From IMG/VR virus record IMGVR_UViG_3300031839_001517: 20,000 nucleotides of DNA. The stretch is one strand, 5' to 3'. The notes under the pieces are model-generated. The model was not told the origin of the DNA. It worked only from the letters and a program-made list of their open reading frames with translations, and searched no databases. Shown here one piece after another: positions 8,501 through 16,809 of this stretch (positions are counted from its first letter, which is position 1; the number at the start of each line of letters is the position of its first letter). Made by a program: the position numbers and the translations under genes. Origin of the DNA: an uncultured virus (IMG/VR IMGVR_UViG_3300031839_001517) (Duplodnaviria > Heunggongvirae > Uroviricota > Caudoviricetes).

Positions 8501-8939
8501 AAGTCTTTCCAAATATTTCTCTGCCGACAACTCCGTAATCGCCGGGACCATATTGTACTAAATAGTCGCCCGGTGCACCTTGAAGCAAATCGTCTGACCA
8601 AGATACTTTTACTTGAAATGGTTCCGACATCTCTTTGGCAAATACCGGTATATTCTTTTTGGAAGCAGTCCCATCGCCCAAATCATCATATGTTTGTGCA
8701 AACTTCTCTGCTGGAATAGGCCATTGTTCGCCTTCAGTACCGGTCATGATCGCATCGCCGGCTTTAGCGCTAACAGGGCCTTCCTTGGTTTCGATAGTTT
8801 CACCAGTCTCAGCATATCTAAATTCTAACGGAATAGGTTTCTTGGCAGTCTGGAAGCCGTCTTGCGATAAATCAGGGTTATCATCCAGTCCGATTGTCTC
8901 TGTTATAAACTTCCGCCAATTTTCAAGCAGAAGTTTCAT
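8484..8939 (-). CDS. PGDYG-type protein (internally duplicated domain) with MKLLLENWRKF leader
   Basis: two repeats KK...GD...G..G(E/D).....E.F..TY; literal PGDYLVQYGPGDYG. Confidence 0.75.
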   Translation of the reverse strand: MKLLLENWRKFITETIGLDDNPDLSQDGFQTAKKPIPLEFRYAETGETIETKEGPVSAKAGDAIMTGTEGEQWPIPAEKFAQTYDDLGDGTASKKNIPVFAKEMSEPFQVKVSWSDDLLQGAPGDYLVQYGPGDYGVVGREIFGKTYETPT

Positions 8940-9178
8940 TTTACTTCCTTCACTGAATCATCCATCATATCATCAAAATCAGTGCGCAACTTAATCATAG
9001 GATTAAATTTAGCATGTTTTCGTTCTAAAAGCAAGGACCCTTGTGGTTTTACTAAGGTTCCGTCAACTTCAACACCTTCAAAGTCAATTTCAGTTTTCTT
9101 TTTATAAACAACCTTGGGTTCTTCTTCATCATTAGCATATGCTGCCCCAGACAACAATAAAAAGATTAAAAACTTCAT
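8936..9178 (-). CDS. cglF: adventurous gliding motility protein CglF/GltF homologue
   Basis: signal peptide (AAYA) then VVYKKKTEIDFEGVEVDGTLVKPQGSLL...FNPMIKLRTDF matching the CglF/GltF pattern as recalled; SD GGAGG. Confidence 0.75.
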   Translation of the reverse strand: MKFLIFLLLSGAAYANDEEEPKVVYKKKTEIDFEGVEVDGTLVKPQGSLLLERKHAKFNPMIKLRTDFDDMMDDSVKEVK

Positions 9179-9507
9179 TTATATTCCTCCGCCAAACCCT
9201 CACTTAATAAAAGAGTGTTAATGTTGGTTTCACCGATAAATAGTACCCCCAAACATCTTCCGTATTTTCCAACTCCGTGAGACTCTAAAACAAATTCATT
9301 GTCAGATTCCCACAGAAGCGCGATTAACCTTTCTTCTGCGGCTAACCCTGCTTTTTTCTCTTCGAGGTCTCTAGTGCGTGTTTCTGGCGTGTTAATGCCA
9401 TATAATCGGATGCGCTTCTTAATCCATACATCAAAACCTAAGTCTATAAGCGCATCGATGGTGTCACCATCAATTACCCGTATCAGTTTCGCGTTGTACT
9501 TGTACAT
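9175..9507 (-). CDS. staphylococcal nuclease-like (thermonuclease) protein
   Basis: RVIDGDT, RIRLYGINTPE, GKYGRCLG, INTLLLSEGLA; start MYKYNAK at 9507. Confidence 0.9.
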   Translation of the reverse strand: MYKYNAKLIRVIDGDTIDALIDLGFDVWIKKRIRLYGINTPETRTRDLEEKKAGLAAEERLIALLWESDNEFVLESHGVGKYGRCLGVLFIGETNINTLLLSEGLAEEYK

Positions 9508-9592
9508 TTTCTTTTTTCTCGTGTTTATCTTGGGTGGTAACAAAAGCAGCAACACTGATGATCACGAATCCTATGATAAATATATCAAACAT
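9470..9592 (-). CDS. small membrane protein (40 aa; not in ORF track)
   Basis: MFDIFIIGFVIISVAAFVTTQDKHEKK...; TAATG coupling to upstream gene. Confidence 0.5.
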   Translation of the reverse strand: MFDIFIIGFVIISVAAFVTTQDKHEKKENVQVQRETDTGN

Positions 9593-9843
9593 TAATTATC
9601 GTATACCTTGTCGTTCTTACTTTTTTCTCTCGCCATCGTTGTTGCTTGTAGCATATCCTCGGCGTCGACTTCCTTAAGTATAAGATTGCCAGTTTTTGGT
9701 TCGTAATACATCCCTATTAGGTCGCCCGTGGACACATTTTTCATTTCTTCTTCTGTGATGGTGATTTTACCACCGTTTTTTTTTACCAACATCGTTAGAA
9801 TACTAAAAAGATATTCCGGATCGTTTAAATATTTGTTAGCCAT
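9592..9843 (-). CDS. hypothetical protein (83 aa)
   Basis: ORF overlapping the end of the upstream gene. Confidence 0.8.
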   Translation of the reverse strand: MANKYLNDPEYLFSILTMLVKKNGGKITITEEEMKNVSTGDLIGMYYEPKTGNLILKEVDAEDMLQATTMAREKSKNDKVYDN

Positions 9844-12169
9844 TTAAAAAGCCCTTCCAAGTTCTCACAAGGCCTTCATTTGTTTGCATCGATGCTGGTT
9901 TGCGCGCTTCAACAAACTGAGCCAGCACTCTTCTATAAACTACATTGAGATTGTCTTCGTCGTCCATTTCGCCTTCTACAAGTTCTTGAAATAGGTTAGC
10001 CATAATATCAGGCTCGTCAGCATTGATTGAGAATATAGAAGTATATTTAATCTCACCACCAACCTCTACTGTTGTAGCATTCATTTGCAGGTAGTATTGG
10101 GTGTTTTGAGCCTTTCTAGGCTCTTCAAGCAACTGTCTCCTCAATTCAATCTTAAAGTCGCGAGAATCAAGAATCTGAGCCAATACACGGATATCAAGAC
10201 CAAACTCCTCTGGATCATAGTAGAAGGAATGTCTTGCTGTGGTTTCGTATGAGTCGTAGTACTCGCCGTCAGTTTCAACGTCCCATTCGTATGAGGATAC
10301 CATGCCGTCCTCAATAGCGGTTGCTAGCTGGATGTAAGTGCCGCCTTCCATCTGACCTTCACGCTTAAAGTATGTGGTGAGCACTTCTTCAAAAGTATCT
10401 CTTCTGTCGTCAATAACAGAATCAATTTTTTGAAGTGCCTCTCGGTATTCATCAGGTAGGGCCATGTATGAGTTGCCGTAAATGCTTGGATGCTCAAAAT
10501 TAACCTGTATAGATAAATGTACTTCTTCTCGAATACGACGGATTGTAGGAGTATCAACATCAGACGGGTAAAATATATCACCAAATATTTCATTTAGCTC
10601 ATCAACTGAATTCCATACAACTTCTTCTGCGTTGCTCGGCAGTCTTTTCCAATCGCTCACATCCCATTTGGCGACAAATGCTGCAAAAGGTTTAATATAA
10701 GCACTGTCGCCACCATCATCACCAACTTCGTAGTCGGTGTATGTCTGAGCCATTCTGTTGTTGTAATCAATCCTTATATCTTCACATTCACCTTCGTATT
10801 GTGCGATAATATCACCAACTAAGTTGGCATCAAGACTATCTTCGGTGTCTGTGTTTTGCTTCATACTACCTTCGACTTCTACATCGGGCCCTAAAAGTTG
10901 ACGCATCAAACTAAGGCGCCCAGCAGTTCCAGCAGTGTCTTCATATGAGCCACCAAAAATCATAAATTTGCTTAAATCAATTTTACCATCTTCTTTGGGC
11001 ATGTTTTGGATGACTTCTTCTTGGTTTGATCTTGCCCAGTCAGTAACTTGATTGGCTAAACCGGGGATATCCGCACCATACACTCGTTTTTCAGGCATTC
11101 CAACGTCTTGCCCATCATCATAGCGCTTTGGAGGTTCATCACCTTCATAATATCTGACATGTCGGATACGTGTGCGAGAAATTGGCTCAATATCACCGGT
11201 AAATGGACGTTTATCGTCAGCAAATATCTCGCCTTCTTGGATTTCTTGCTCTGCACTATCAATATTGCCCGTGTTAGTAGCGCTCAGAAGGTCTTCTGTC
11301 TCTACCACATAGGCAACCGCCCCGTGCCCCTGAGCCTCGGCTACAGCGCATTTATAGTACGATTGATAAGCATTTGCACGACTAGCAGGAGAGTGGCAAG
11401 AGGTAATATCGTCAAAATCGCTCATTCTTAGCACATCTATCGGATGTCGAGTGATAATAATGGAAAATTTGTCACTATCAAGTTCATTAATGTTATTTTT
11501 GATGTATGCGGCGTTCTGTTTCCAATATTCACCGTATTTTGTAGCTAAATCTTCTAAATCATAACCAGCGGGTCCAGCCACACCAGGAGCGGGGATATAT
11601 AAGAGGATTTGTTGACTTATACGCCTATAATCTTCATTTTTTTGAAATTCTGGGTCATTTTTGGCTATTTCTTTCTTTTTTCTTGCTAAATCTGCTATTT
11701 TGACAAACAGTTTGCCAATTTTCATCTGAAACTTCTTAATTTTCTTCTTTTGTGGGCTACCAGTAAGAGAAGCAATGAAATCTTCAACCTTTGTTACTTC
11801 TCTGGTCGCAGAAACCATACCTTTCTCCCAATTTACATCATATTCTTGTGTTTCAAAGAATTTTGCGAACTTTCCAAGCTCTGTAGACGGATCAGTGGTC
11901 GGAAATGGTATGACAACACGCATTTTGCCACTAAAAAGATCATTTAGGGGTAAATTGGCCGGATCTAAGTCGTCCAGTACGTCTTCAAGCACTCGCATCT
12001 CGTCTTCGGTGACTTCACGGAGCACTTTCTCACTGACCGGGACACAATTAGGTACATTTTTAGCACCCTTCTTCTTCATGCCGACCTGTTTATAGCCATC
12101 CCAGCACTTTTCTTGCAAAGTATCCAGAAGATGGACTGTTTTTAACAGAATTTCTTCATCATTTAGCAT
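9836..12169 (-). CDS. large acidic phage protein with N-terminal CWDGY...VPNCVP module
   Basis: start MLNDEE with GGAG SD; central TRHPIDVLRMSDF..TSCH motif; C-terminal WKGFLNG. Confidence 0.8.
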   Translation of the reverse strand: MLNDEEILLKTVHLLDTLQEKCWDGYKQVGMKKKGAKNVPNCVPVSEKVLREVTEDEMRVLEDVLDDLDPANLPLNDLFSGKMRVVIPFPTTDPSTELGKFAKFFETQEYDVNWEKGMVSATREVTKVEDFIASLTGSPQKKKIKKFQMKIGKLFVKIADLARKKKEIAKNDPEFQKNEDYRRISQQILLYIPAPGVAGPAGYDLEDLATKYGEYWKQNAAYIKNNINELDSDKFSIIITRHPIDVLRMSDFDDITSCHSPASRANAYQSYYKCAVAEAQGHGAVAYVVETEDLLSATNTGNIDSAEQEIQEGEIFADDKRPFTGDIEPISRTRIRHVRYYEGDEPPKRYDDGQDVGMPEKRVYGADIPGLANQVTDWARSNQEEVIQNMPKEDGKIDLSKFMIFGGSYEDTAGTAGRLSLMRQLLGPDVEVEGSMKQNTDTEDSLDANLVGDIIAQYEGECEDIRIDYNNRMAQTYTDYEVGDDGGDSAYIKPFAAFVAKWDVSDWKRLPSNAEEVVWNSVDELNEIFGDIFYPSDVDTPTIRRIREEVHLSIQVNFEHPSIYGNSYMALPDEYREALQKIDSVIDDRRDTFEEVLTTYFKREGQMEGGTYIQLATAIEDGMVSSYEWDVETDGEYYDSYETTARHSFYYDPEEFGLDIRVLAQILDSRDFKIELRRQLLEEPRKAQNTQYYLQMNATTVEVGGEIKYTSIFSINADEPDIMANLFQELVEGEMDDEDNLNVVYRRVLAQFVEARKPASMQTNEGLVRTWKGFLNG

Positions 12170-12265
12170 TTTTTCTCCAATCGCAATAATCACAAGACAT
12201 TTCATCTACCAAAGGCATACCACAATTGGGACACTTACTACATTTTATCATAAAAAACACAGTTT

Positions 12266-13291
12266 TTATTCCTTCATTGACTTAGAGCCGCGGCACTTCC
12301 ACTTTTTGCGAGACAATGCGTTAGCACATGGGGGGTTTTTACACTTTTTAATCTTTGCTGAGCGCGCACAATACGCATCACCCTTAGCTGTTCCGGGTCT
12401 GATGCGATCTCCGCCGCCTTTTGCTTGCCCTTTCTGTCCAAACGAGCGACATTTTCCGTCTACGCGCTTAGCAAAACGCTTTCCTTTGGAAGGTTTACAA
12501 GGTTTTTTTGCTTTTTCGCTTAAAACTTGGGATAATTCGTCTTCGATCATGATTTCCATAGATTCTTTTTTAGAGTTACCCCAGTTGGCTGCTCCAACTT
12601 TGCGACATTTTACCAGCGCACCCGAGGCATATGCACTTGGCCACACTTTGTAGCGTGATTTTACCTTGTTGTAGCAAGCATCCTTCTTACCTTCTTCTTC
12701 ATCAAGCTCTTTTTTAGAATTAGTACCGATTTTGATGACTTTCACGGGAGAATCTGAATCATAAGTTTCGCAAGGGTCTTTGCCACACCCACAATTCATT
12801 TTTTCTTCTTTTAACTCATCATCATCTGTTTGATCAAGTATCTTTTTGATACGATCCGACTGACCTTTGTGCATTTTAGAAGCCCCGGCAAGCTCATCGG
12901 CTATTTTTTTGAGTTCTTCCTCATGCTCTTTAGAGTGAGATTCGGAAATAACTGCCGTAATCTCCTCTTCAATCATTTTGTATAAATCCATTTTGTATAA
13001 TTCCTCGTTTTTCTTTTTCTTAGCTTTCTTGCCCCATGATTTTCCCTTCCCACGCTCCTTGCAGGCGCCAGGAGTAGGCCGGCATGCAGGATATTTCTTG
13101 CGTTTTTCGCCAGAACCACGGCCACAAGACTTGTATCCGCCTTTCCCGTCCGGAGAATTACAATCAACCCATCCTTTTTTAGAACCTTTGGCGCCCTTAC
13201 GGCCAAACCAATCACGTAAAGAAGACTCTTTACTGGACTCAGTCCCTGCTTTTTTCTTTTTTTCTTCTAGGGAACCATATAAATCAGACAT
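12266..13291 (-). CDS. Lys/Cys-rich modular phage protein (possibly virion-internal, nucleic-acid binding)
   Basis: basic modules LRDWF..WVDC..CGR..YPACRP, KDACYNKVKSRYKVWPSAYASGALVKCRK and FGQKG..AYCARS..SRKKWKC separated by acidic L-x-E linkers. Confidence 0.8.
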   Translation of the reverse strand: MSDLYGSLEEKKKKAGTESSKESSLRDWFGRKGAKGSKKGWVDCNSPDGKGGYKSCGRGSGEKRKKYPACRPTPGACKERGKGKSWGKKAKKKKNEELYKMDLYKMIEEEITAVISESHSKEHEEELKKIADELAGASKMHKGQSDRIKKILDQTDDDELKEEKMNCGCGKDPCETYDSDSPVKVIKIGTNSKKELDEEEGKKDACYNKVKSRYKVWPSAYASGALVKCRKVGAANWGNSKKESMEIMIEDELSQVLSEKAKKPCKPSKGKRFAKRVDGKCRSFGQKGQAKGGGDRIRPGTAKGDAYCARSAKIKKCKNPPCANALSRKKWKCRGSKSMKE

Positions 13292-13733
13292 TTTTAGACA
13301 TTTCCAAAGCTTGCTCCAATAAATAGATCGGTATTTCGCTATTGGCAATCTCTTTTATCTCTTCAAATGTGGCCCATCTGTAATCATCATGCTCGACAAG
13401 TCCAGTTTCTGGGTTAGGCTTATCAACATTAACTGTGCCGGACCATGTTTTTGTTAAAAAATAATACTTTTGTGGCTTTGGTTCGCCAAGATAAATTAAA
13501 TCACTCGTATTACATAACAAGCCGGTCTCTTCATCTAGTTCTCTAACCGCCCCTGATTCAATTGACCGGTCCTCTTCGTCGATGTGACCGCCCGGAATCG
13601 TCCATTGACCTCCTCTTTCATCTATATTTGAACGTCTGATGATTAAAAATTTATTATTTTCGTCCAAACAAACAACAATACCCACAGCACTTAGCTCGCC
13701 TTCTGATAAATATTGTTGCCATTTGGTTTTCAT
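13284..13733 (-). CDS. NUDIX hydrolase
   Basis: WTIPGGHIDEEDRSIESGAVRELDEETGL Nudix box; start MKTKWQQYLSE directly after upstream stop. Confidence 0.92.
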   Translation of the reverse strand: MKTKWQQYLSEGELSAVGIVVCLDENNKFLIIRRSNIDERGGQWTIPGGHIDEEDRSIESGAVRELDEETGLLCNTSDLIYLGEPKPQKYYFLTKTWSGTVNVDKPNPETGLVEHDDYRWATFEEIKEIANSEIPIYLLEQALEMSKNV

Positions 13734-13734
13734 G

Positions 13735-14460
13735 CTACCTGCATGCTCGCATAGTGCCCTTTGGAAGGCCATGGCACATATTTTTTAGGATAACATCCAT
13801 TTTTATTGTCTGGATTGGGGCAACCCAAATCATATTTTCTTGTACTTGGACACCGGGATAGTATTCTACATCAACTCCGTACAGAATTCCAACAATATCT
13901 CCCGATAAAGTGTATACTACTGAGCCAGAACACCCAAACCATCCATATGTATTAACTATAATTTGCTTTGCTAGTCCTGCTTTTTCAGCATATCCCGCAA
14001 CACTTCCTTCAAATGTCATAAGTTGGTGACTCGAGGGGTACCCAGAGTATGTTATTTCAGTTCCAACTTCAGCTGTTCTGTTTTGAGGGCTCCATTTCAT
14101 CGGACTAATCGTAACAAACTTTTCTGACAAATGTAAAACAGCCATGTCCGCGCTGGCACTGGACCATATCAAGGTAGCCATTCTCATTTCTTTATCTTTG
14201 TACACGTAATATGTTGAACCTATTGGTCCATCTGTAACGTGCTGTGCTGTAAACACTAGATGCGCATCTCTATATACAATATACGACCCGCTGCCATGAC
14301 CACCACCAGTATTTATCTTAACAGCAGCTTCTCTAACTCGTTTTTGTGCCATATTCATTGAAGAATTAATTTGTTCAACTGGCGCTGGAATACTGGTTTC
14401 TGCTTTCACTGGCGAAATAAAAGACATCATCGCAATCATCATTATATGTAAGTAACTCAT
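13735..14460 (-). CDS. secreted trypsin-like (S1) serine protease
   Basis: signal peptide (VKA|E); TAQHV, DMAVL, GCSGS catalytic triad motifs; GGAGG SD. Confidence 0.88.
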   Translation of the reverse strand: MSYLHIMMIAMMSFISPVKAETSIPAPVEQINSSMNMAQKRVREAAVKINTGGGHGSGSYIVYRDAHLVFTAQHVTDGPIGSTYYVYKDKEMRMATLIWSSASADMAVLHLSEKFVTISPMKWSPQNRTAEVGTEITYSGYPSSHQLMTFEGSVAGYAEKAGLAKQIIVNTYGWFGCSGSVVYTLSGDIVGILYGVDVEYYPGVQVQENMIWVAPIQTIKMDVILKNMCHGLPKGTMRACR

Positions 14461-14472
14461 TTATATTCCCTC

Positions 14473-15489
14473 CTAGGAACCACTACCGGTGTCTATACCC
14501 GTGTCCGGCGTGCTTATATATCTATATCCAACTTCTACTAACTGACCTGCGGATGGAATAATAGTAAAATAAACCGTGTTGTTCGACTCTTGATAATACC
14601 AATCATGGTTCAAAGAACCATTAATGAACACCCTAATTGAATCAACCTCAGCTTTGTGGGTTAATACCACTTCTTCAATAGGTTCAATCGAATGAGTTGC
14701 ATCGGTTACACCGGGAGACCAGTCAGTGTCACAAATATCGACAACCACTCCACCCAATAATCCTGTGGCTTCCATATATCTGTCACCCACATCAATAGGG
14801 TTTGGAGGGAAATCACACACAGAGTCAGTACCTTCGCGATTTACGACACTTGCCATAAAGACTGATCCCATCCGCAATGATCCATACCAGCTTAAGAAAT
14901 CAGACACAGCAGGATATTCCACAGTGCTTTGTTCTTCTTCATCCGAAACAAATACTACTAATAATCCTGCATCTGGGCGCATCCAAGTTGAAGAATAGGG
15001 ATTGTGATTCATATAATCATATACAGAATTGAACCCCTCTTCATATGGCGCCGATGTAAGAGTTGCCAACATTGTGGCTGCATCATCGATGTCATCACCC
15101 GGTACCAATGGAAATTCAGTACTAAGGACTGCTTTACTTGGATCAGCACTAATCATCACCAATCTCCAATCAGAAGTTGGTAAAGCTAATAGCATAGCTT
15201 CAACGCCGGCTAATAATTCTGCGTTGTATCGACCCATAGAACCTGATCGGTCGATGACCCATAAAATATCAATTCCGTCGATTGACATATGTTGCGTAAA
15301 TGAATCAATCCAAATTTCACCCTCATTAACTGGTACTTCTACTTCAACATAGACCGGCACCTCCACGGGTACCTCTACCTCAACTTCAACCTCTACTTCT
15401 TTATATTCGGTGACAATCTTTGTTCCGCCACCAACCATATAATCAGTGGAACAGCCCACCATACTCAAAACAAAAAGTAATAACCCCAC
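14473..15489 (-). CDS. VWA-domain lipoprotein
   Basis: lipobox VGC; (EV)n stalk; MIDAS DILWVIDRSGSM; VVFVSDEEEQS; GGAGG SD before GTG. Confidence 0.85.
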   Translation of the reverse strand: MGLLLFVLSMVGCSTDYMVGGGTKIVTEYKEVEVEVEVEVPVEVPVYVEVEVPVNEGEIWIDSFTQHMSIDGIDILWVIDRSGSMGRYNAELLAGVEAMLLALPTSDWRLVMISADPSKAVLSTEFPLVPGDDIDDAATMLATLTSAPYEEGFNSVYDYMNHNPYSSTWMRPDAGLLVVFVSDEEEQSTVEYPAVSDFLSWYGSLRMGSVFMASVVNREGTDSVCDFPPNPIDVGDRYMEATGLLGGVVVDICDTDWSPGVTDATHSIEPIEEVVLTHKAEVDSIRVFINGSLNHDWYYQESNNTVYFTIIPSAGQLVEVGYRYISTPDTGIDTGSGS

Positions 15490-15539
15490 ATCTAGCCCTC
15501 CTAAATTTTATGCCATCTGTAATAAATACACCGCCGATA

Positions 15540-15701
15540 TTAATCACGACGAATAAGAACAAAACTTAATAACATCATGTTTCCAATCGCCAAAATTTGC
15601 ATATCGTGTAGATTAGTTATGTGAGCCCATGCAAACAACCATATATTTACAAAGAACGCACCTATGGCCACCGGGAGCATGATTTTATTTATTTTGTCCA
15701 C
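15540..15701 (-). CDS. small two-helix membrane protein (53 aa; not in ORF track)
   Basis: hand translation MDKINKIMLPVAIGAFFVNIWLFAWAHITNLHDMQILAIGNMMLLSFVLIRRD; TAGTTA-N5-GTG start. Confidence 0.6.
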   Translation of the reverse strand: MDKINKIMLPVAIGAFFVNIWLFAWAHITNLHDMQILAIGNMMLLSFVLIRRD

Positions 15702-15709
15702 TATTGTAA

Positions 15710-15943
15710 CTATTGACCAGTGGAAAGAAGCTCCAAATTGTATAAATATAATCTATCGATTTGTGAAGTTTTAATGTTAAAAACAGAACAAGCAGGAAAC
15801 ATTATTGTTTGCTTTTCGCCGCCGCGCAGACCAATATCGATGATGATACCAGTCGCGACGTCAGCTTGCATCCATCGATCGTGTTTAATGGTCACGAGAT
15901 CTCCGACAGCGAAATTCGAATTTTTTTCCATATTTTTTTTCAC
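15710..15943 (-). CDS. small SH3/KOW-like protein
   Basis: FAVGDLVTI...TGIII...LELL pattern. Confidence 0.7.
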   Translation of the reverse strand: MKKNMEKNSNFAVGDLVTIKHDRWMQADVATGIIIDIGLRGGEKQTIMFPACSVFNIKTSQIDRLYLYNLELLSTGQ

Positions 15944-15951
15944 TAAAAATT

Positions 15952-16230
15952 TTATTCCATTTTTGAAAAGTCATCCGAAGAGAAAAGATCGTATAAACCA
16001 ACTACTATCGATATTCTAAGACCTTCTTCTTCCATTTGTAAGGTCATGGGCATAAGTTGTTCGGACTCCTTAGACCAGTGTATAGTCCAAAAGTAAACAT
16101 CATCATCTTGTATACTAATGCGCCGAACACGCTCGACCAAGATTCCGACATTATTACTTGTAATGTCAACGATCATATCGCCGGGATATAACTTAATACG
16201 TTCAGACTCATCGCGCAAGTTTGTTTGCAT
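15952..16230 (-). CDS. small SH3/KOW-like protein
   Basis: LYPGDMIVD...VGILV...WTIHW. Confidence 0.7.
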   Translation of the reverse strand: MQTNLRDESERIKLYPGDMIVDITSNNVGILVERVRRISIQDDDVYFWTIHWSKESEQLMPMTLQMEEEGLRISIVVGLYDLFSSDDFSKME

Positions 16231-16236
16231 AGTTAT

Positions 16237-16479
16237 TTAAATATCTCCAAGGACGATAATAATGTCCGCTTTAATCAAATTAAGTAGGCCAGTCTCAGAC
16301 CAAAACGTTTTACCTTCCTTTGACGAAACAGTTTCCCACACCCATACCTTAAAGAACTCCGGATTTCTACGTGCGTATACCGGTGGCTCCTGTCCCTCAT
16401 ATGACCAAAATCTCCGAATAAGTACAGATATACTCTTATCGGTGACATCGTATAAGAACATGCCGGGTTTAAGGTCCAC
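16237..16479 (-). CDS. small SH3/KOW-like protein (GTG start)
   Basis: LKPGMFLYD...SVLI...WVWE; similar to 15952..16230; TAGTTA-N4-GTG. Confidence 0.7.
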   Translation of the reverse strand: MDLKPGMFLYDVTDKSISVLIRRFWSYEGQEPPVYARRNPEFFKVWVWETVSSKEGKTFWSETGLLNLIKADIIIVLGDI

Positions 16480-16496
16480 ACCTTAACTAGTATCTG

Positions 16497-16751
16497 CTAG
16501 AGTCTAAGCCACCCGACTCGCGTTACGGCACATGAGTTAATGACGTTAATGTCGACATTGCCGTCGATGCTGATATCTTTGCATTGTGTTACAGGAGCGT
16601 AGGGGTTTGGTTGTACGGGTACGGAATCCCCGACCGACCTGTAAGGGATGGGCATAACCTCGGGCTTGGGCATTGCTTGCTCTCGAACTTCTACCACGCC
16701 AGTAGTTGCTATTGCACTCAGTGAAAAAACCAGTATCTTTGCTTTGATCAT
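16497..16751 (-). CDS. small exported protein
   Basis: hydrophobic N-terminus, Pro-rich middle, Cys pair; AAGGA SD. Confidence 0.65.
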   Translation of the reverse strand: MIKAKILVFSLSAIATTGVVEVREQAMPKPEVMPIPYRSVGDSVPVQPNPYAPVTQCKDISIDGNVDINVINSCAVTRVGWLRL

Positions 16752-16809
16752 GGGTATATCCTTTATTCGGTGTATAAGTAGTTTAGCACCTTTTTACACG
16801 CACTTAAAA

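Noticed and set aside
14473..15489. Calling the VWA lipoprotein CglB
   Set aside because: Only generic VWA/MIDAS and lipobox features are shared; orthology cannot be supported by eye.
15487..15491. Frameshift at the VWA gene start (out-of-frame ATG at 15491)
   Set aside because: The in-frame GTG at 15489 has good SD spacing and gives an intact signal peptide.
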